A stretch of DNA of 64,000 nucleotides from the NCBI GenBank assembly GCA_030603495.1, contig JAUVXR010000010.1, forward strand, positions 5,499 to 69,498, written 5' to 3'. The number at the start of each line of letters is the position of its first letter. The stretch's first letter is position 1. The notes below the pieces were generated by a model. It searched no databases and was not told the origin of the DNA. It saw only the letters and a program-made list of their open reading frames with translations. The stretch is from a bacterium (GTDB lineage Bacteria > Armatimonadota > Zipacnadia > Zipacnadales > Zipacnadaceae). The position numbers and the translations under genes were made by a program. This document shows, one piece after another, positions 32,154-41,894 of the stretch.

Positions 32154-33524
32154 CTACTCGCTCCTCATCAGCCACGGCACTATACGCTCTTTGAGCTGGA
32201 GACGGTATGCTGCATTCGACAGCAGCGGCCCGGCATCCAGCGCCATCACCCGTCCGCGCTCGAACTCTACATACCCGGCCGCGAGCTGCCTTCCCCCTCT
32301 CACCGTGATAAGTGGCTGCACCGTCTCTCCGAGCAGCCGCACCCCCCACGGTATCTCTCCCAACTGCTCCAACGGCCCGCCCGCGACTTCCGCCGCCCCC
32401 CCCGACCGTCCCAACGAGCAGACCACACCGAACTGGATAAGCGGCTCGTTAATGTAGACGAGGCGAATCTGCCGGTCGGTATGCGCATGGGCCAAGGCCA
32501 GCAGGCTACCGCCAGAGGCCACGTACTGGTAGATCGCAGCGCACTCGGCGACGCCGTACTGCCGCCAGGAACCGAGCACGACTAGTTGCGGTCGGCTCTG
32601 CAGCGCCTCAACCAGAGGCTCCTGGGTGTCCCGCACTCTCAGCGCCTTGACGGGGAGCCCGCTTTGCTCTAAAGCTGCTGCTACTACCGCTGTAATCTCC
32701 GGCCAGTCGTCTTCGGTCGCCTGACAGTCGTAGAGTATAGCTCCCGCGAAATCCCGCTGCTCCAGCGGCAGATCGGTTTGGCCGGCAGGAAAGTCTATCC
32801 CTGATGGTACTTGGCCGCCGCCAGGCCGCGTAGTCGCCTGTAACTCCGACAGCCGACTGGACCATGCGACCGAGCGCGCCAGCAGGGTCAGACCACTCCG
32901 TTTTCCGGCAGGCTGGTCAATATCGGCCAGCACAAGCTGGGCAGGAATGACGATGATGCCGCCCTTTTCCACCACCACTCCCGCGCATACCACCCGACCG
33001 CTCTGCCGAGCGATGGGCACGATCCCGTTACCGGCCAGGCGCATGCGTAGGGAGCCGGGCTCGGGCAGCATCAACCCCATTGTCAACGGCGTACCAGAGG
33101 ATTCGATCGGCCCGGCGATTCCTGGATCGGGAGTGATCTCAAGCCCCAAGGGCTTCGTAAACGCGTTGGCCTGCTCGATGTGGCGCTGCGAACGGCCTAC
33201 AATCAAGACCATCCCACCCCCCGCACGGATGAACTCCCCCAGGCGTTCGCGCTGCTGCGGATCGCGCACGGTATCGTCGTCGGTTACCAGGCTGGTCGGC
33301 GGCGGCTCGGGCAGGGCACTACCAGCCAACTCAACGAGCTCAATGCCTCGACTTTCCAGCTCCGTGCCCAGATGCTGCGCGACGCCGCGCAGCCTGCCGG
33401 CGGAGGGCAGGTCAATCAGGATACTCTCTTGGGCGTCTGCCACGAGCGGCACGGCCAGGACCATCGCTGCGACTACCATCAGTGCCGACATTAGACAACT
33501 GCCGCTTAGGGCGCTTCTTCTCAT
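32154..33524 (-). CDS. hypothetical exported protein with two GATase-like/DUF4350-like domains
   Basis: Signal peptide; two 'F(Y)V..GG.LL' segments; AGGGAGG RBS. Confidence 0.7.
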   Translation of the reverse strand: MRRSALSGSCLMSALMVVAAMVLAVPLVADAQESILIDLPSAGRLRGVAQHLGTELESRGIELVELAGSALPEPPPTSLVTDDDTVRDPQQRERLGEFIRAGGGMVLIVGRSQRHIEQANAFTKPLGLEITPDPGIAGPIESSGTPLTMGLMLPEPGSLRMRLAGNGIVPIARQSGRVVCAGVVVEKGGIIVIPAQLVLADIDQPAGKRSGLTLLARSVAWSSRLSELQATTRPGGGQVPSGIDFPAGQTDLPLEQRDFAGAILYDCQATEDDWPEITAVVAAALEQSGLPVKALRVRDTQEPLVEALQSRPQLVVLGSWRQYGVAECAAIYQYVASGGSLLALAHAHTDRQIRLVYINEPLIQFGVVCSLGRSGGAAEVAGGPLEQLGEIPWGVRLLGETVQPLITVRGGRQLAAGYVEFERGRVMALDAGPLLSNAAYRLQLKERIVPWLMRSE

Positions 33525-33641
33525 CGCTGTCCTCCCTGACAACACCCCAGGTTATCCGCCCTTCCCCACCCTATTTTCACCAAATGATGTTGCATTCCTC
33601 CTAAGACTACCCTATCCCTAGCAAAAACGGGCCAGAGAAGA

Positions 33642-33800
33642 ATGCCTGCAACGGACCGACCGCCGAAGCCCGAGCACCGGGCCATCATCGGCCTAATTGA
33701 CACCGAGGACGACTACCGCTGGGACCAGGTCTGGTTCGACTCGGTCCACGAGGGCAGCCGGTAGATCTACGTGGTTGACGTGGGGGAGTTAGTGGAGAGT
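33642..33800 (+). pseudogene. remnant of a TolB-like beta-propeller gene
   Basis: Reads MPATDRPPKPEHRAIIGLIDTEDDYRW-DQVWFDSVHEGSR*IYVVDVGELV; the last part resembles a TolB/oligogalacturonate-lyase-like C-terminus with an internal TAG. Confidence 0.5.
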
Positions 33801-33816
33801 CAACGGCAACAGCTTC

Positions 33817-33876
33817 GCGGGGAAACCCCTTTCTGGAGAAAGCGGCTTTCCCCGCACCCCTTCCGCAAAGACTTTT
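33817..33876 (+). repeat. dispersed palindromic repeat family A, copy 3
   Basis: GCGGGGAAACCCCTTTCTGGAGAAAGCGGCTTTCCCCGCACCCCTTCCGCAAAGACTTTT downstream of feoB. Confidence 0.8.
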
Positions 33877-33923
33877 GAGAAGAGGATGGTGTAAGCGGCA
33901 AGCAGGACACGCGGGGGCAAGTC

Positions 33924-35636
33924 CTACAGCACCAGGTTCAGCAGCCCGCCGACGGTGAGGGCGACTGTGGTCATTAGCAGGGCGGCCTTGGCCATGCGGC
34001 GCAGGCCAAACTCACGCACCAGAACCGCAAAGGTGGCCGCACAGGGGAAATAGATCGTCAGTACTGTACAGGCAATAATGAGCTGCTTGAGGCTGAGTCC
34101 CAAAGGTGCGAGCATACCGATGGCGACGTCCTTGCGCAGAAAGCCAATCAGCAACGCTGCAATCGCCTCCTCCGGCAGACCCCAAAGACGGGTGACAACC
34201 GGAGAAACGACATTGCCTAAGAACTGTATCACATTCAGTAAGCACAAGATGTTGACGATGAAAACGCCCAGCAAGACGTAGGGAACCGCCTCGCTGATGA
34301 ACTGCCGAGTGCGCAGCCAGACCTTCTGAGCGACAGCCTTAGCATACGGGATGCGATACGGCGGTATCTCGACAAAGATCTCGGGGGCCTCGCCGGGCAG
34401 CACACGCCTAAATATCAGGGCAAGGGCCACCCACAGCACGGCCAGGGTGCCGAACACGGCGAAAAGACCCATCGTGAAGTTATCTGACTGGCCCATCAGC
34501 CCTACTACCATCGCGATCTGCGCCATACAGGGGACACAGATAGCCATAAGCGTCGCGGCAATGAAGCGCTCGCGGCGCGTTTCCAGAATACGCGTGCTCA
34601 GCGCCCCGGGCACGTTGCAACCCAGCCCCAGCATCATCGGGATCACGGTCAGCCCGTGCAGGCCCATACGGTGCATTATCGTGTCCACCAGCACCCCCAG
34701 CCGCGGCAGGTAGCCGACATCCTCGATGAGACCCAGTACCAGGTAGAAGGCGAAGATGTAGGGCAATACCATGCCAATAGGCACGAACAAACCGGTAGTC
34801 AACATACCCAGGGATTCAACGAAATCAATCTGGCCATCCACGAGGCTGCCGATGAGCAGTTCGTGCCAGAAGGTGCCAGGGCCAAGCAGTGCCGACAGAC
34901 TAGCCATCAATGGTCGCCACAGATTCTCAAACAGCGGCTCAAACAGGTAGCCAATAAGGCCCTCGCCGATCAGTCTGATGAGCGCAAACGCCAGGAATCC
35001 AAAGACTACCGCAAGCGGGATGCCTGTCCAGGGCTTCAGCGAGATGTCGGCGAGGCTCTCCAGGACTGTATGGTGACGGTGCTCGACAACCTGGACTTGC
35101 TCAACGATTTCCCCGATCTGGCTCCAGCGCTCGTCCGGTTCATAGCTGCGGGTCCCCGCCGCGGCTTGCTCCAGGCGCCCAACGAGCTCATTGATGCCGC
35201 GGCCGCTGGGGGCCACGGTGGAAACGACCGGCACACCCAGGAGCTCTTCGAGCTTGGCCACGTCAATGCGGATGCCCTTGTGCTCCGCCGCGTCCCACAT
35301 ATTCAGGGCGACGACCATCGGCTTACCCGAGCTGAGCAGTTGGAGGGTGAGATTCAGGTTGCGCTCGAGGTTGGTGGCGTCTACGATGTTGACAACCACA
35401 TCGCCTGCAGCGAGCATATCAGTGGCCACTTGCTCGGCAGGAGTAGTGGGATCAAGGCTATAAGTGCCGGGAACGTCAATGACCTCGGCGCGAGTACTGT
35501 CCAACTTCATGCGGCCATTGGTGAACTCGACGGTAGTGCCGGGGTAGTTGGAGACGATGACGTCGGTGCCGGTGAGACGGGAGAAGACTACGCTCTTGCC
35601 GACGTTGGGATTGCCCATCAACAGAATCTGCTTCAC
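33924..35636 (-). CDS. feoB: ferrous iron transporter B
   Basis: GNPNVGKS, NYPGTTVE, DVPGTYSL, gate motifs GLGCNVP and YFPC. Confidence 0.96.
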   Translation of the reverse strand: MKQILLMGNPNVGKSVVFSRLTGTDVIVSNYPGTTVEFTNGRMKLDSTRAEVIDVPGTYSLDPTTPAEQVATDMLAAGDVVVNIVDATNLERNLNLTLQLLSSGKPMVVALNMWDAAEHKGIRIDVAKLEELLGVPVVSTVAPSGRGINELVGRLEQAAAGTRSYEPDERWSQIGEIVEQVQVVEHRHHTVLESLADISLKPWTGIPLAVVFGFLAFALIRLIGEGLIGYLFEPLFENLWRPLMASLSALLGPGTFWHELLIGSLVDGQIDFVESLGMLTTGLFVPIGMVLPYIFAFYLVLGLIEDVGYLPRLGVLVDTIMHRMGLHGLTVIPMMLGLGCNVPGALSTRILETRRERFIAATLMAICVPCMAQIAMVVGLMGQSDNFTMGLFAVFGTLAVLWVALALIFRRVLPGEAPEIFVEIPPYRIPYAKAVAQKVWLRTRQFISEAVPYVLLGVFIVNILCLLNVIQFLGNVVSPVVTRLWGLPEEAIAALLIGFLRKDVAIGMLAPLGLSLKQLIIACTVLTIYFPCAATFAVLVREFGLRRMAKAALLMTTVALTVGGLLNLVL

Positions 35637-35866
35637 CCGGGCACCTCGACCATGATCCGACGGGCAAGCCCAAAGCCGAGCGCAACTTCGGTATTGCCTA
35701 CCTGAACGCTAACTGGTCCCCGGAACGGCTGACTGGTTGTCTTGGTGATCGGCACTCCCGGCCGGATGCCCATAGCCTGCATCCGTCGGACCATCCCCCA
35801 GCCGCCGTCCAATGAGGCAACAATCCCGGATTGTCCGGGCGCCATTTCTGTCAACGATACAATCAA
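35633..35866 (-). CDS. feoA: ferrous iron transport protein A
   Basis: RRMQAMGIRPG..GPVSVQVG..VALG; TTG start after GGAGG. Confidence 0.9.
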   Translation of the reverse strand: MIVSLTEMAPGQSGIVASLDGGWGMVRRMQAMGIRPGVPITKTTSQPFRGPVSVQVGNTEVALGFGLARRIMVEVPG

Positions 35867-35918
35867 GTTACTTCCTCCCGAGCTAATCGGTGCCACCGCA
35901 CTTGTTACTACCAGCGCG

Positions 35919-36389
35919 TCAGCAGCCCGATAGATTCTGCTGGTTTCGGTCAACTTCCTTCTGGCATTGTTCACACAACCCGGTTATCTCCAGCCCGTGT
36001 TGGTAATGACGAAAATGGTGCTCGCGGCATACGCCGATAATTGCTCCTTCTATCGCCGGACAGACAAACTCGACTACCCGACCGCACTTGTGGCAGATAA
36101 GGTGCTCGTGATGCGCGCGATCACGTACCAGCTCGTAATGGCTGTGGTCGCAGCCGTGTTCGACCTCACGCAGTACCCCCACCTCAACCAGCGCAGGGAT
36201 CAGTCGGTATATGGTCGCGCGGGAGGGTTTTGCATCCTTGTGCTGCAAAGCGAGGAACAAGTCATCAGCGCTGAAGTGGCCGGGCATGGCCAGCACTTGG
36301 CGTACAACGGCCCGCCGCTGCGGCGTAATCCGCAGTTCCAGGTACTGCAGGAGGTCGAATATTTCGGCTTCCAGTTCTTGGTTATCCAT
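35919..36389 (-). CDS. fur: Fur-family transcriptional regulator
   Basis: LRITPQRRAV, HFSADDL, SRATIYR, HHEHLICHKCG, CEQC. Confidence 0.93.
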   Translation of the reverse strand: MDNQELEAEIFDLLQYLELRITPQRRAVVRQVLAMPGHFSADDLFLALQHKDAKPSRATIYRLIPALVEVGVLREVEHGCDHSHYELVRDRAHHEHLICHKCGRVVEFVCPAIEGAIIGVCREHHFRHYQHGLEITGLCEQCQKEVDRNQQNLSGC

Positions 36390-36397
36390 AGCTAAGT

Positions 36398-36416
36398 GAG
36401 ATTGAGACTCAGTCGC
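36398..36416. promoter_or_regulatory. Fur-box-like operator
   Basis: GAGATTGAGACTCAGTCGC matches 12/19 positions of GATAATGATAATCATTATC; lies between the promoter and the fur start. Confidence 0.55.
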
Positions 36417-36427
36417 GCCCGTCAATC

Positions 36428-36456
36428 AGTATACTTATTATACACACCTGTGTCAA
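36428..36456 (-). promoter_or_regulatory. sigma70-type promoter for fur-feoAB
   Basis: TTGACA-N17-TATACT. Confidence 0.8.
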
Positions 36457-36529
36457 GACCTATTGCCAGATTTCTTAGAGATTTTTCCCAGTACGCTAAC
36501 GCAGCCCACTCCCTTTATCAGCCTCGAAC

Positions 36530-36558
36530 TTGACGAAATCTGCATTTTGCAATACGCT
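36530..36558 (+). promoter_or_regulatory. possible sigma70 promoter for argB
   Basis: TTGACG-N17-TACGCT. Confidence 0.5.
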
Positions 36559-36605
36559 TTATAGCCGTAGAGGGCGATTGACACCAACATTGGCGCGGGA
36601 GACGA

Positions 36606-37472
36606 ATGATGGAAGACCTGCAGAAACGTGCGGATACCCTGATCGAAGCTCTCCCCTATATCCAACAGTGGGCGGGTAAGAGCATCGTGGTCAAATACGG
36701 CGGGGCAGCGATGACTGACCCCGAGATGCAGCGCAGCGTCGCCCAGGACGTGGTCCTGCTACGCTACGTGGGCATCGAGGTGGTTGTCGTCCACGGCGGC
36801 GGGAACCGGATCACTGAAATGATGGACCGCCTGGACATTGAGTCCAAATTTGTGGGCGGCCTGCGCGTCACCGATGCCGAGACTATGCAGATCGCGCAGA
36901 TGGTCCTTGTCGGTGAGGTCAATCCGCAGCTCGTCTCCCTGATTAACGCTGCCGGCGGGCGCACTGTCGGGCTGTCGGGCAAGGATGCCAACACTATCCT
37001 GTGCTGCAAGAAGGAAAGCACCCAGGGGGACCTGGGCTTTGTCGGCGAGATAGTCGAGATTGATACCGAAGTTCTCCATGCGCTGACCGAGGCGGGCTAC
37101 ATTCCGGTGCTCTCCTCGATCGGCACGGATACTGACGGCCAGAGCTACAATATCAATGCCGACACCGTCGCGGGGGAGCTGGCGGCGGCACTGCCAGCGT
37201 GTAAGCTGGTCACACTCAGCGATGTGCCCGGCTTGCTGGCTGACCCAGCCGACCCAGATACGCTGATCAGTGAGCTGACCGCCAGCGAGGCGGAGGCGCG
37301 GCTGGCTGAGAGCAATGTCAACGAGGGGATGATCCCCAAGCTGGAGAGCTGTATCCGGGCGGTGCGCAGCGGCGTGGACTACGCGCACCTCATTGACGGC
37401 CGCATCCCCCATGCGCTGTTGATGGAGCTGTTCACCGACGCGGGCATCGGCACGATGATCAATTCGGGATAG
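36606..37472 (+). CDS. argB: acetylglutamate kinase
   Basis: LIEALPYI, VVKYGGAAM, VHGGG, GLRVTD, NINADT, GMIPK. Confidence 0.97.
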   Translation: MMEDLQKRADTLIEALPYIQQWAGKSIVVKYGGAAMTDPEMQRSVAQDVVLLRYVGIEVVVVHGGGNRITEMMDRLDIESKFVGGLRVTDAETMQIAQMVLVGEVNPQLVSLINAAGGRTVGLSGKDANTILCCKKESTQGDLGFVGEIVEIDTEVLHALTEAGYIPVLSSIGTDTDGQSYNINADTVAGELAAALPACKLVTLSDVPGLLADPADPDTLISELTASEAEARLAESNVNEGMIPKLESCIRAVRSGVDYAHLIDGRIPHALLMELFTDAGIGTMINSG

Positions 37473-37529
37473 CCCCGTCGTTAACACTGTGGGAGGGGGA
37501 CACCCTTCCACGATGCCAATAACGGTCTA

Positions 37530-38555
37530 CTACGGGCACGGGGGCTTGAGCGTCCTGCCCTGCTTGGCGGAGCGCTCGGCATATTCGATTACCGCAATGG
37601 CGCGGGCGGCCTGCTCGGGCTTGACGATCAGCTCGGCGCCCCGGGTCAAGTGGGCGGCGATGTTCTGGTAGTACTGCGGGCGCTGGCCCTCCTGGTACTT
37701 GACGTCCATCTCGGCGGGATAGCCCTTGACCCGGGTGTAGACGGTGAAACTGCCTCCGTTCCAGTCCTCAATTGCCCCCTTAGTTCCCAGAATTCGCCAG
37801 CGCGGCCGCGCAGCAAGGGCTACGTCGGACATCTGGATGTCGGCGACGCAGCCGTCATCGAACCGGACTAGCGCCTGGACCTGGTCCTCGTTGGTGACAT
37901 TCTTCCAGACCACGTCCTGGTGGAAGAAGCCCGTGACGCTCTCCAGCTTGGCGTCCGGCACTAGACCCAGGACCCAATCCATGTAGTGTGCACCCCAGTC
38001 GTAGAAGGCTCCACCAGATATCTTCTTGTCCGCCCGCCACCGCTTGCGCGGCTTTGACCAGCCGCCCATGTACGCCTCGATGTGAAATATCTGACCCAGC
38101 AATCCATCAGCAATAGCCTGCTTGATCGCCAGGTAGTCGCCGTCCCAGCGCCGGTTGTGGAAGATCGACAGCATCACCTCGTTTTCACGCGCAGCCTGGA
38201 TCATCTTTGTCGCCTCGTTGTAAGTGATACACATCGGCTTTTCCACAACGACGTGCTTGCCCGCTCTGCTGCACTGGATCGCCAGCTTAGCATGGGTGTT
38301 GTGCGGAGTGATAACCACGCACATATCCACCACGTCAGCGGCCAGCAGCTTGTCAAGCCGCGAGTAGGTCAGAATCTCGCCCCCGAAATCCTCCCGGGCT
38401 TCGCACAGACATTTGGGGTCAACATCACAAACCGCCACCACATTGAGTACCCCGGCCGGGTTCATCTGCTCGGTATGATGCCAGCCCATCTTGAACCCCC
38501 CGCCGTAACCAACTAGACCAACTCTGATATTATTGGGCTTAGCTTTCGGGCTCAT
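37530..38555 (-). CDS. Gfo/Idh/MocA oxidoreductase
   Basis: VGLVGYG, HVVVEKPM, FHNRRWDGD, YDWGAH. Confidence 0.92.
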   Translation of the reverse strand: MSPKAKPNNIRVGLVGYGGGFKMGWHHTEQMNPAGVLNVVAVCDVDPKCLCEAREDFGGEILTYSRLDKLLAADVVDMCVVITPHNTHAKLAIQCSRAGKHVVVEKPMCITYNEATKMIQAARENEVMLSIFHNRRWDGDYLAIKQAIADGLLGQIFHIEAYMGGWSKPRKRWRADKKISGGAFYDWGAHYMDWVLGLVPDAKLESVTGFFHQDVVWKNVTNEDQVQALVRFDDGCVADIQMSDVALAARPRWRILGTKGAIEDWNGGSFTVYTRVKGYPAEMDVKYQEGQRPQYYQNIAAHLTRGAELIVKPEQAARAIAVIEYAERSAKQGRTLKPPCP

Positions 38556-38578
38556 TTGCATTCCCTCCATTTAATATG

Positions 38579-38600
38579 ACAGGCGAAACGCCTGTTATAC
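38579..38600. repeat. REP-like palindrome (family C)
   Basis: ACAGGCG-AAA-CGCCTGT, same core as the copies at 23034 and 44990. Confidence 0.6.
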
Positions 38601-38620
38601 TGAAAAGGCATCCTGTTCGG

Positions 38621-39685
38621 CTAACCGAAGTTCACCCACTCGCCGCTATCCGAGGACTGGTAGACCGCTTCAATGATCGCGACGGTCTTACGCCCCTCAT
38701 AACCGTCGCACTGCACCGGCTTGCCATCGCGGACTGCTGCGACCATGTCCTCAATGATGTTAGCGGGCAGGTCAGCGGGCGAGATGAAGTCATCGGGGTT
38801 AAGCTGGACCTCGTCAGGCTGCGCTGCTTGCTCGGGCCGCACGTACTCAGGGTCGTCGCCGGCGTCAATCTCCTGGACCGCCGCCGCTGTGAATATGGTG
38901 ATCTGCTGGTCTTTCCAGGCCATTGTACCCCTGGTCCCGGTGATTTCAATTGCTGAGCCCAGATCGGGGAAGCTGCATGTGGTGGTCAAGACCATAGCGT
39001 GCGCGCCCGAGGCGAACTCCAGCATGCTCAGGCTAGCGTCTTCGGTTTGGATATCATGGGCGTAAGTACCCTTATGACCGATGACTCGTGTCACTGGGCC
39101 CAGCCACCACTGCAGCAGATCCAGGTAGTGGACCGCCTGGTTGGCCAGGGAGCCACCTTCAGTCACTATCCGACTGCGCCAACCCGGCAGATGTCCGGAG
39201 TTGTAGTAATCCTGACCACGATACCACTTCATGCGCAGATCGCCAAAGATTACGTCGCCGATCGCTCCCGACTGGATGGCGCCACGAATCTGGTGGTTAA
39301 TCGGGTTGTACCGGCTCTCGAAGTCCACGGCCAGCACCAACCCCTGATCCTCCGCAGCCTGGATAGCGGCGTCGCAGGAATCCACCCGGATATCCATCGG
39401 CTTGGTCATACAGACGTGCTTACCCGCTTCCAGGGCCCGCACCGCGAAGGGGCAGTGCAGCCCGCTGGGCGTCCAGACGCCGATAACGTCAATGTCATCG
39501 CGTGCCAGCATCTCGTCATAGTCCTTGATCCATGGCACGCCCAGCGCCTCCGCCACGTCTCGACCGCGCTCCTCCCAGGTGTCACACACGGCTGCCAGTT
39601 GCGCACCGGGCGTCGTGGTACACTCCTCGGCCCGCGGGCGGCCCATACCCAAACCCACGATTCCAAAACGTACTACGTCTGACAT
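38621..39685 (-). CDS. Gfo/Idh/MocA oxidoreductase
   Basis: FGIVGLGMG, HVCMTKPM, GGSLANQAVHYLD; AGGAGG RBS. Confidence 0.9.
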   Translation of the reverse strand: MSDVVRFGIVGLGMGRPRAEECTTTPGAQLAAVCDTWEERGRDVAEALGVPWIKDYDEMLARDDIDVIGVWTPSGLHCPFAVRALEAGKHVCMTKPMDIRVDSCDAAIQAAEDQGLVLAVDFESRYNPINHQIRGAIQSGAIGDVIFGDLRMKWYRGQDYYNSGHLPGWRSRIVTEGGSLANQAVHYLDLLQWWLGPVTRVIGHKGTYAHDIQTEDASLSMLEFASGAHAMVLTTTCSFPDLGSAIEITGTRGTMAWKDQQITIFTAAAVQEIDAGDDPEYVRPEQAAQPDEVQLNPDDFISPADLPANIIEDMVAAVRDGKPVQCDGYEGRKTVAIIEAVYQSSDSGEWVNFG

Positions 39686-39778
39686 AGCAATCCTCCTGCC
39701 GACACTATGTGTCTTAGTCTGCTCCGACATCGCCAGAGCCACAGCCAGCCACGTTCGGCAACCATTGCCAAAAGTCCT

Positions 39779-41290
39779 CTATACACCGTAGAAATCCTTC
39801 AGCGCCGGTGGAACCAGCATATACCGCTCGTATAGCGGGGCGTAGGCTGCCGCATCTGCCGACGGTTCGTGCACGACCTCACCCATCTCCACACTGGCCA
39901 CCGCCTCGTCAATTGACGGAAAGACTCCCGCCCCGACAAGCGCAAACAGCGCCGCGCCCAGCACCGTGGCCTCCTGTTCGGAGGTAGTCACCACAGGCAG
40001 GCCGGTGACGTCGGCGCGGATCTGGTTCCATAGTTGGTTGCGTGCGCCGCCCCCGACCACGCGAATGCCCTCGGCGCTGAATCCAGTAGCCTTCTGGAGT
40101 ATCTCCAGTGCGGCGTACATCTGGAAGCTAAGGCCCTCCAAGGCGCTGCGGTAGATCTCGGCCGGAGTGGCGTTCATGGTCAGGCCCAGTATCGAGCCCC
40201 CAGTAGCGTACTGTTTGGCCGGTCCGGTATCGGACACGAAGGCAGGGACTAAGGTTATGCCGCCTGCTCCGGCGGGGATCTTGCGCGCCATCTCAATCAT
40301 AAGCTCGTAGGTCTGCGTACGGTCCTCCTCCCCCGCGAAGAACTGCTCGCGGATCCACTCGAGTACGCCGCTGCCCATCATCAGCAGTTGCGGGTTCCAC
40401 AAGCCAGGCAGCGCATCGCACTCAAACATCAAACCCTCGTTGAACCCGAACTCATTTGGGCTGAAGCTGTCCACTCGCAGCAAGAGAATCTCCCAGGTGC
40501 CGCTGCTCAGCAGCGCCTCACCCGGCTGCACGCCTGAGCCGTACGGCGCGAACTGGGTATCGTGCCCGGTTGCCACCACCGGCGTACCCTGGGGTAGCCC
40601 GGTCTCCTGCGCCGCCTGGGTGTGCACCTGGCCGATCACCCCCCCGGGTTCGACCCAGTCCGGGAAGAAAGATGCGTCCAGGTCGGCCAGCGCCAGCATC
40701 CGGGGCGACCAGTCGCGGCAGGCCATATCCATCGCCATCATCGTTCCGGCGGCAGTTGGGTCAATGGATAGCTCGCCACACAGCTTCATACTCAGCACAC
40801 CCGGCATCATCAGCCAGCAGTCCGCTGACGCGAGCGCCTCCGGGGCATTCTGCTGCAACCACATCAGGCGCAGGAGCGAGTTGAAATAGATGATCTGGTA
40901 ACCGGTCTCGGTAAAGATATCCCACGGGTCCATCAGCTCGGTGATATCGGCGGTGAGCTGCTGGGCACGCGCACCCTGCCAGGAGATTATCGGATAGGTC
41001 AGCGTCCCGTCGGCCCTGACCGGTGCACCGTCTGCGCCGAAGGTGGTAACCGTCACCGCAGCGATGCGAGCGGTGTCAATCTGCTCGCAGACTCTATGGC
41101 AGGCGTCGGCCAGCTTTCCGTACACTTCATCCAAGTCCCAGATGCGCCAGCTCTCGTCCGACGCTCCGGGCTGCGACATGGCCGCGTTGGGCTGACTGGC
41201 TGAGGCGAGCATCTGGCCGTCACTGTCAACGGCAATCACGCGCACGTTGGTAGCACCACAGTCAAAAACAATAGCCACGTCACCGGGCAT
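39779..41290 (-). CDS. fucK: FGGY carbohydrate kinase, L-fuculokinase-like
   Basis: FDCGATNVRVIAV, TTFGADG, YPIISWQ, GHDTQFA, SSGTWEIL motifs characteristic of FucK. Confidence 0.82.
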   Translation of the reverse strand: MPGDVAIVFDCGATNVRVIAVDSDGQMLASASQPNAAMSQPGASDESWRIWDLDEVYGKLADACHRVCEQIDTARIAAVTVTTFGADGAPVRADGTLTYPIISWQGARAQQLTADITELMDPWDIFTETGYQIIYFNSLLRLMWLQQNAPEALASADCWLMMPGVLSMKLCGELSIDPTAAGTMMAMDMACRDWSPRMLALADLDASFFPDWVEPGGVIGQVHTQAAQETGLPQGTPVVATGHDTQFAPYGSGVQPGEALLSSGTWEILLLRVDSFSPNEFGFNEGLMFECDALPGLWNPQLLMMGSGVLEWIREQFFAGEEDRTQTYELMIEMARKIPAGAGGITLVPAFVSDTGPAKQYATGGSILGLTMNATPAEIYRSALEGLSFQMYAALEILQKATGFSAEGIRVVGGGARNQLWNQIRADVTGLPVVTTSEQEATVLGAALFALVGAGVFPSIDEAVASVEMGEVVHEPSADAAAYAPLYERYMLVPPALKDFYGV

Positions 41291-41489
41291 AGCTTGGCCC
41301 TCCCGTCTCTGCTTGTTGCACTGCTCACTGCCCAGCCACTATTCCGCGGGCGCCGAGCTATTCCCTTCCTTGCTAACCCCAGCGAAATGCGGTACGATAC
41401 CTACACTCAGACAAAGGAGGATTCTTCGAGCCGACGGCGAACGTGACAATTGATGTCGCCTGGGCAGCGCCAAGCGAGCATGAGGGGGC

Positions 41490-41894
41490 ATGGCTCGTAT
41501 GGACGAGCGGGTCGCACAATTCATCCGGGACGCGGCTCAGACCATTATCGGTCTGGACCTGGCGCTGTACCTGCAGGCCAACCCCAACACCTTCGACACC
41601 GCTGCCGGCTTGGCCCTGCGCCTGCGCTACCCGGTGGAAGACATCGAGCCCGCCGCCGAGCAGTTAGCCAAGCACGGGATTCTGCGCAAGGTCAGCTCGC
41701 CGAGCCAAAGCTACCACTGCTACACGCTGCAGCGCACGGCCGAGGTATGGCACCTACTCTGCCTGGTCAGCGAATCGTACATTGATAACCCCGAAACCCG
41801 TATGCAGATTGTCAAGATGCTTATCCGCCAGCGCCAGCGCCACCGCGACCAAACGAGCACCGCCACCAATCAGACTGCCCCCGCCGACGACTAG
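41490..41894 (+). CDS. hypothetical winged-helix-like protein
   Basis: GAGGGGG RBS; FDTAAGLALRL...L..HGIL wHTH-like pattern. Confidence 0.7.
   Translation: MARMDERVAQFIRDAAQTIIGLDLALYLQANPNTFDTAAGLALRLRYPVEDIEPAAEQLAKHGILRKVSSPSQSYHCYTLQRTAEVWHLLCLVSESYIDNPETRMQIVKMLIRQRQRHRDQTSTATNQTAPADD

Noticed and set aside
33730..33750. GGTTCGACTC resembling a tRNA T-loop
   Set aside because: No cloverleaf or acceptor stem; better explained as coding-remnant sequence.
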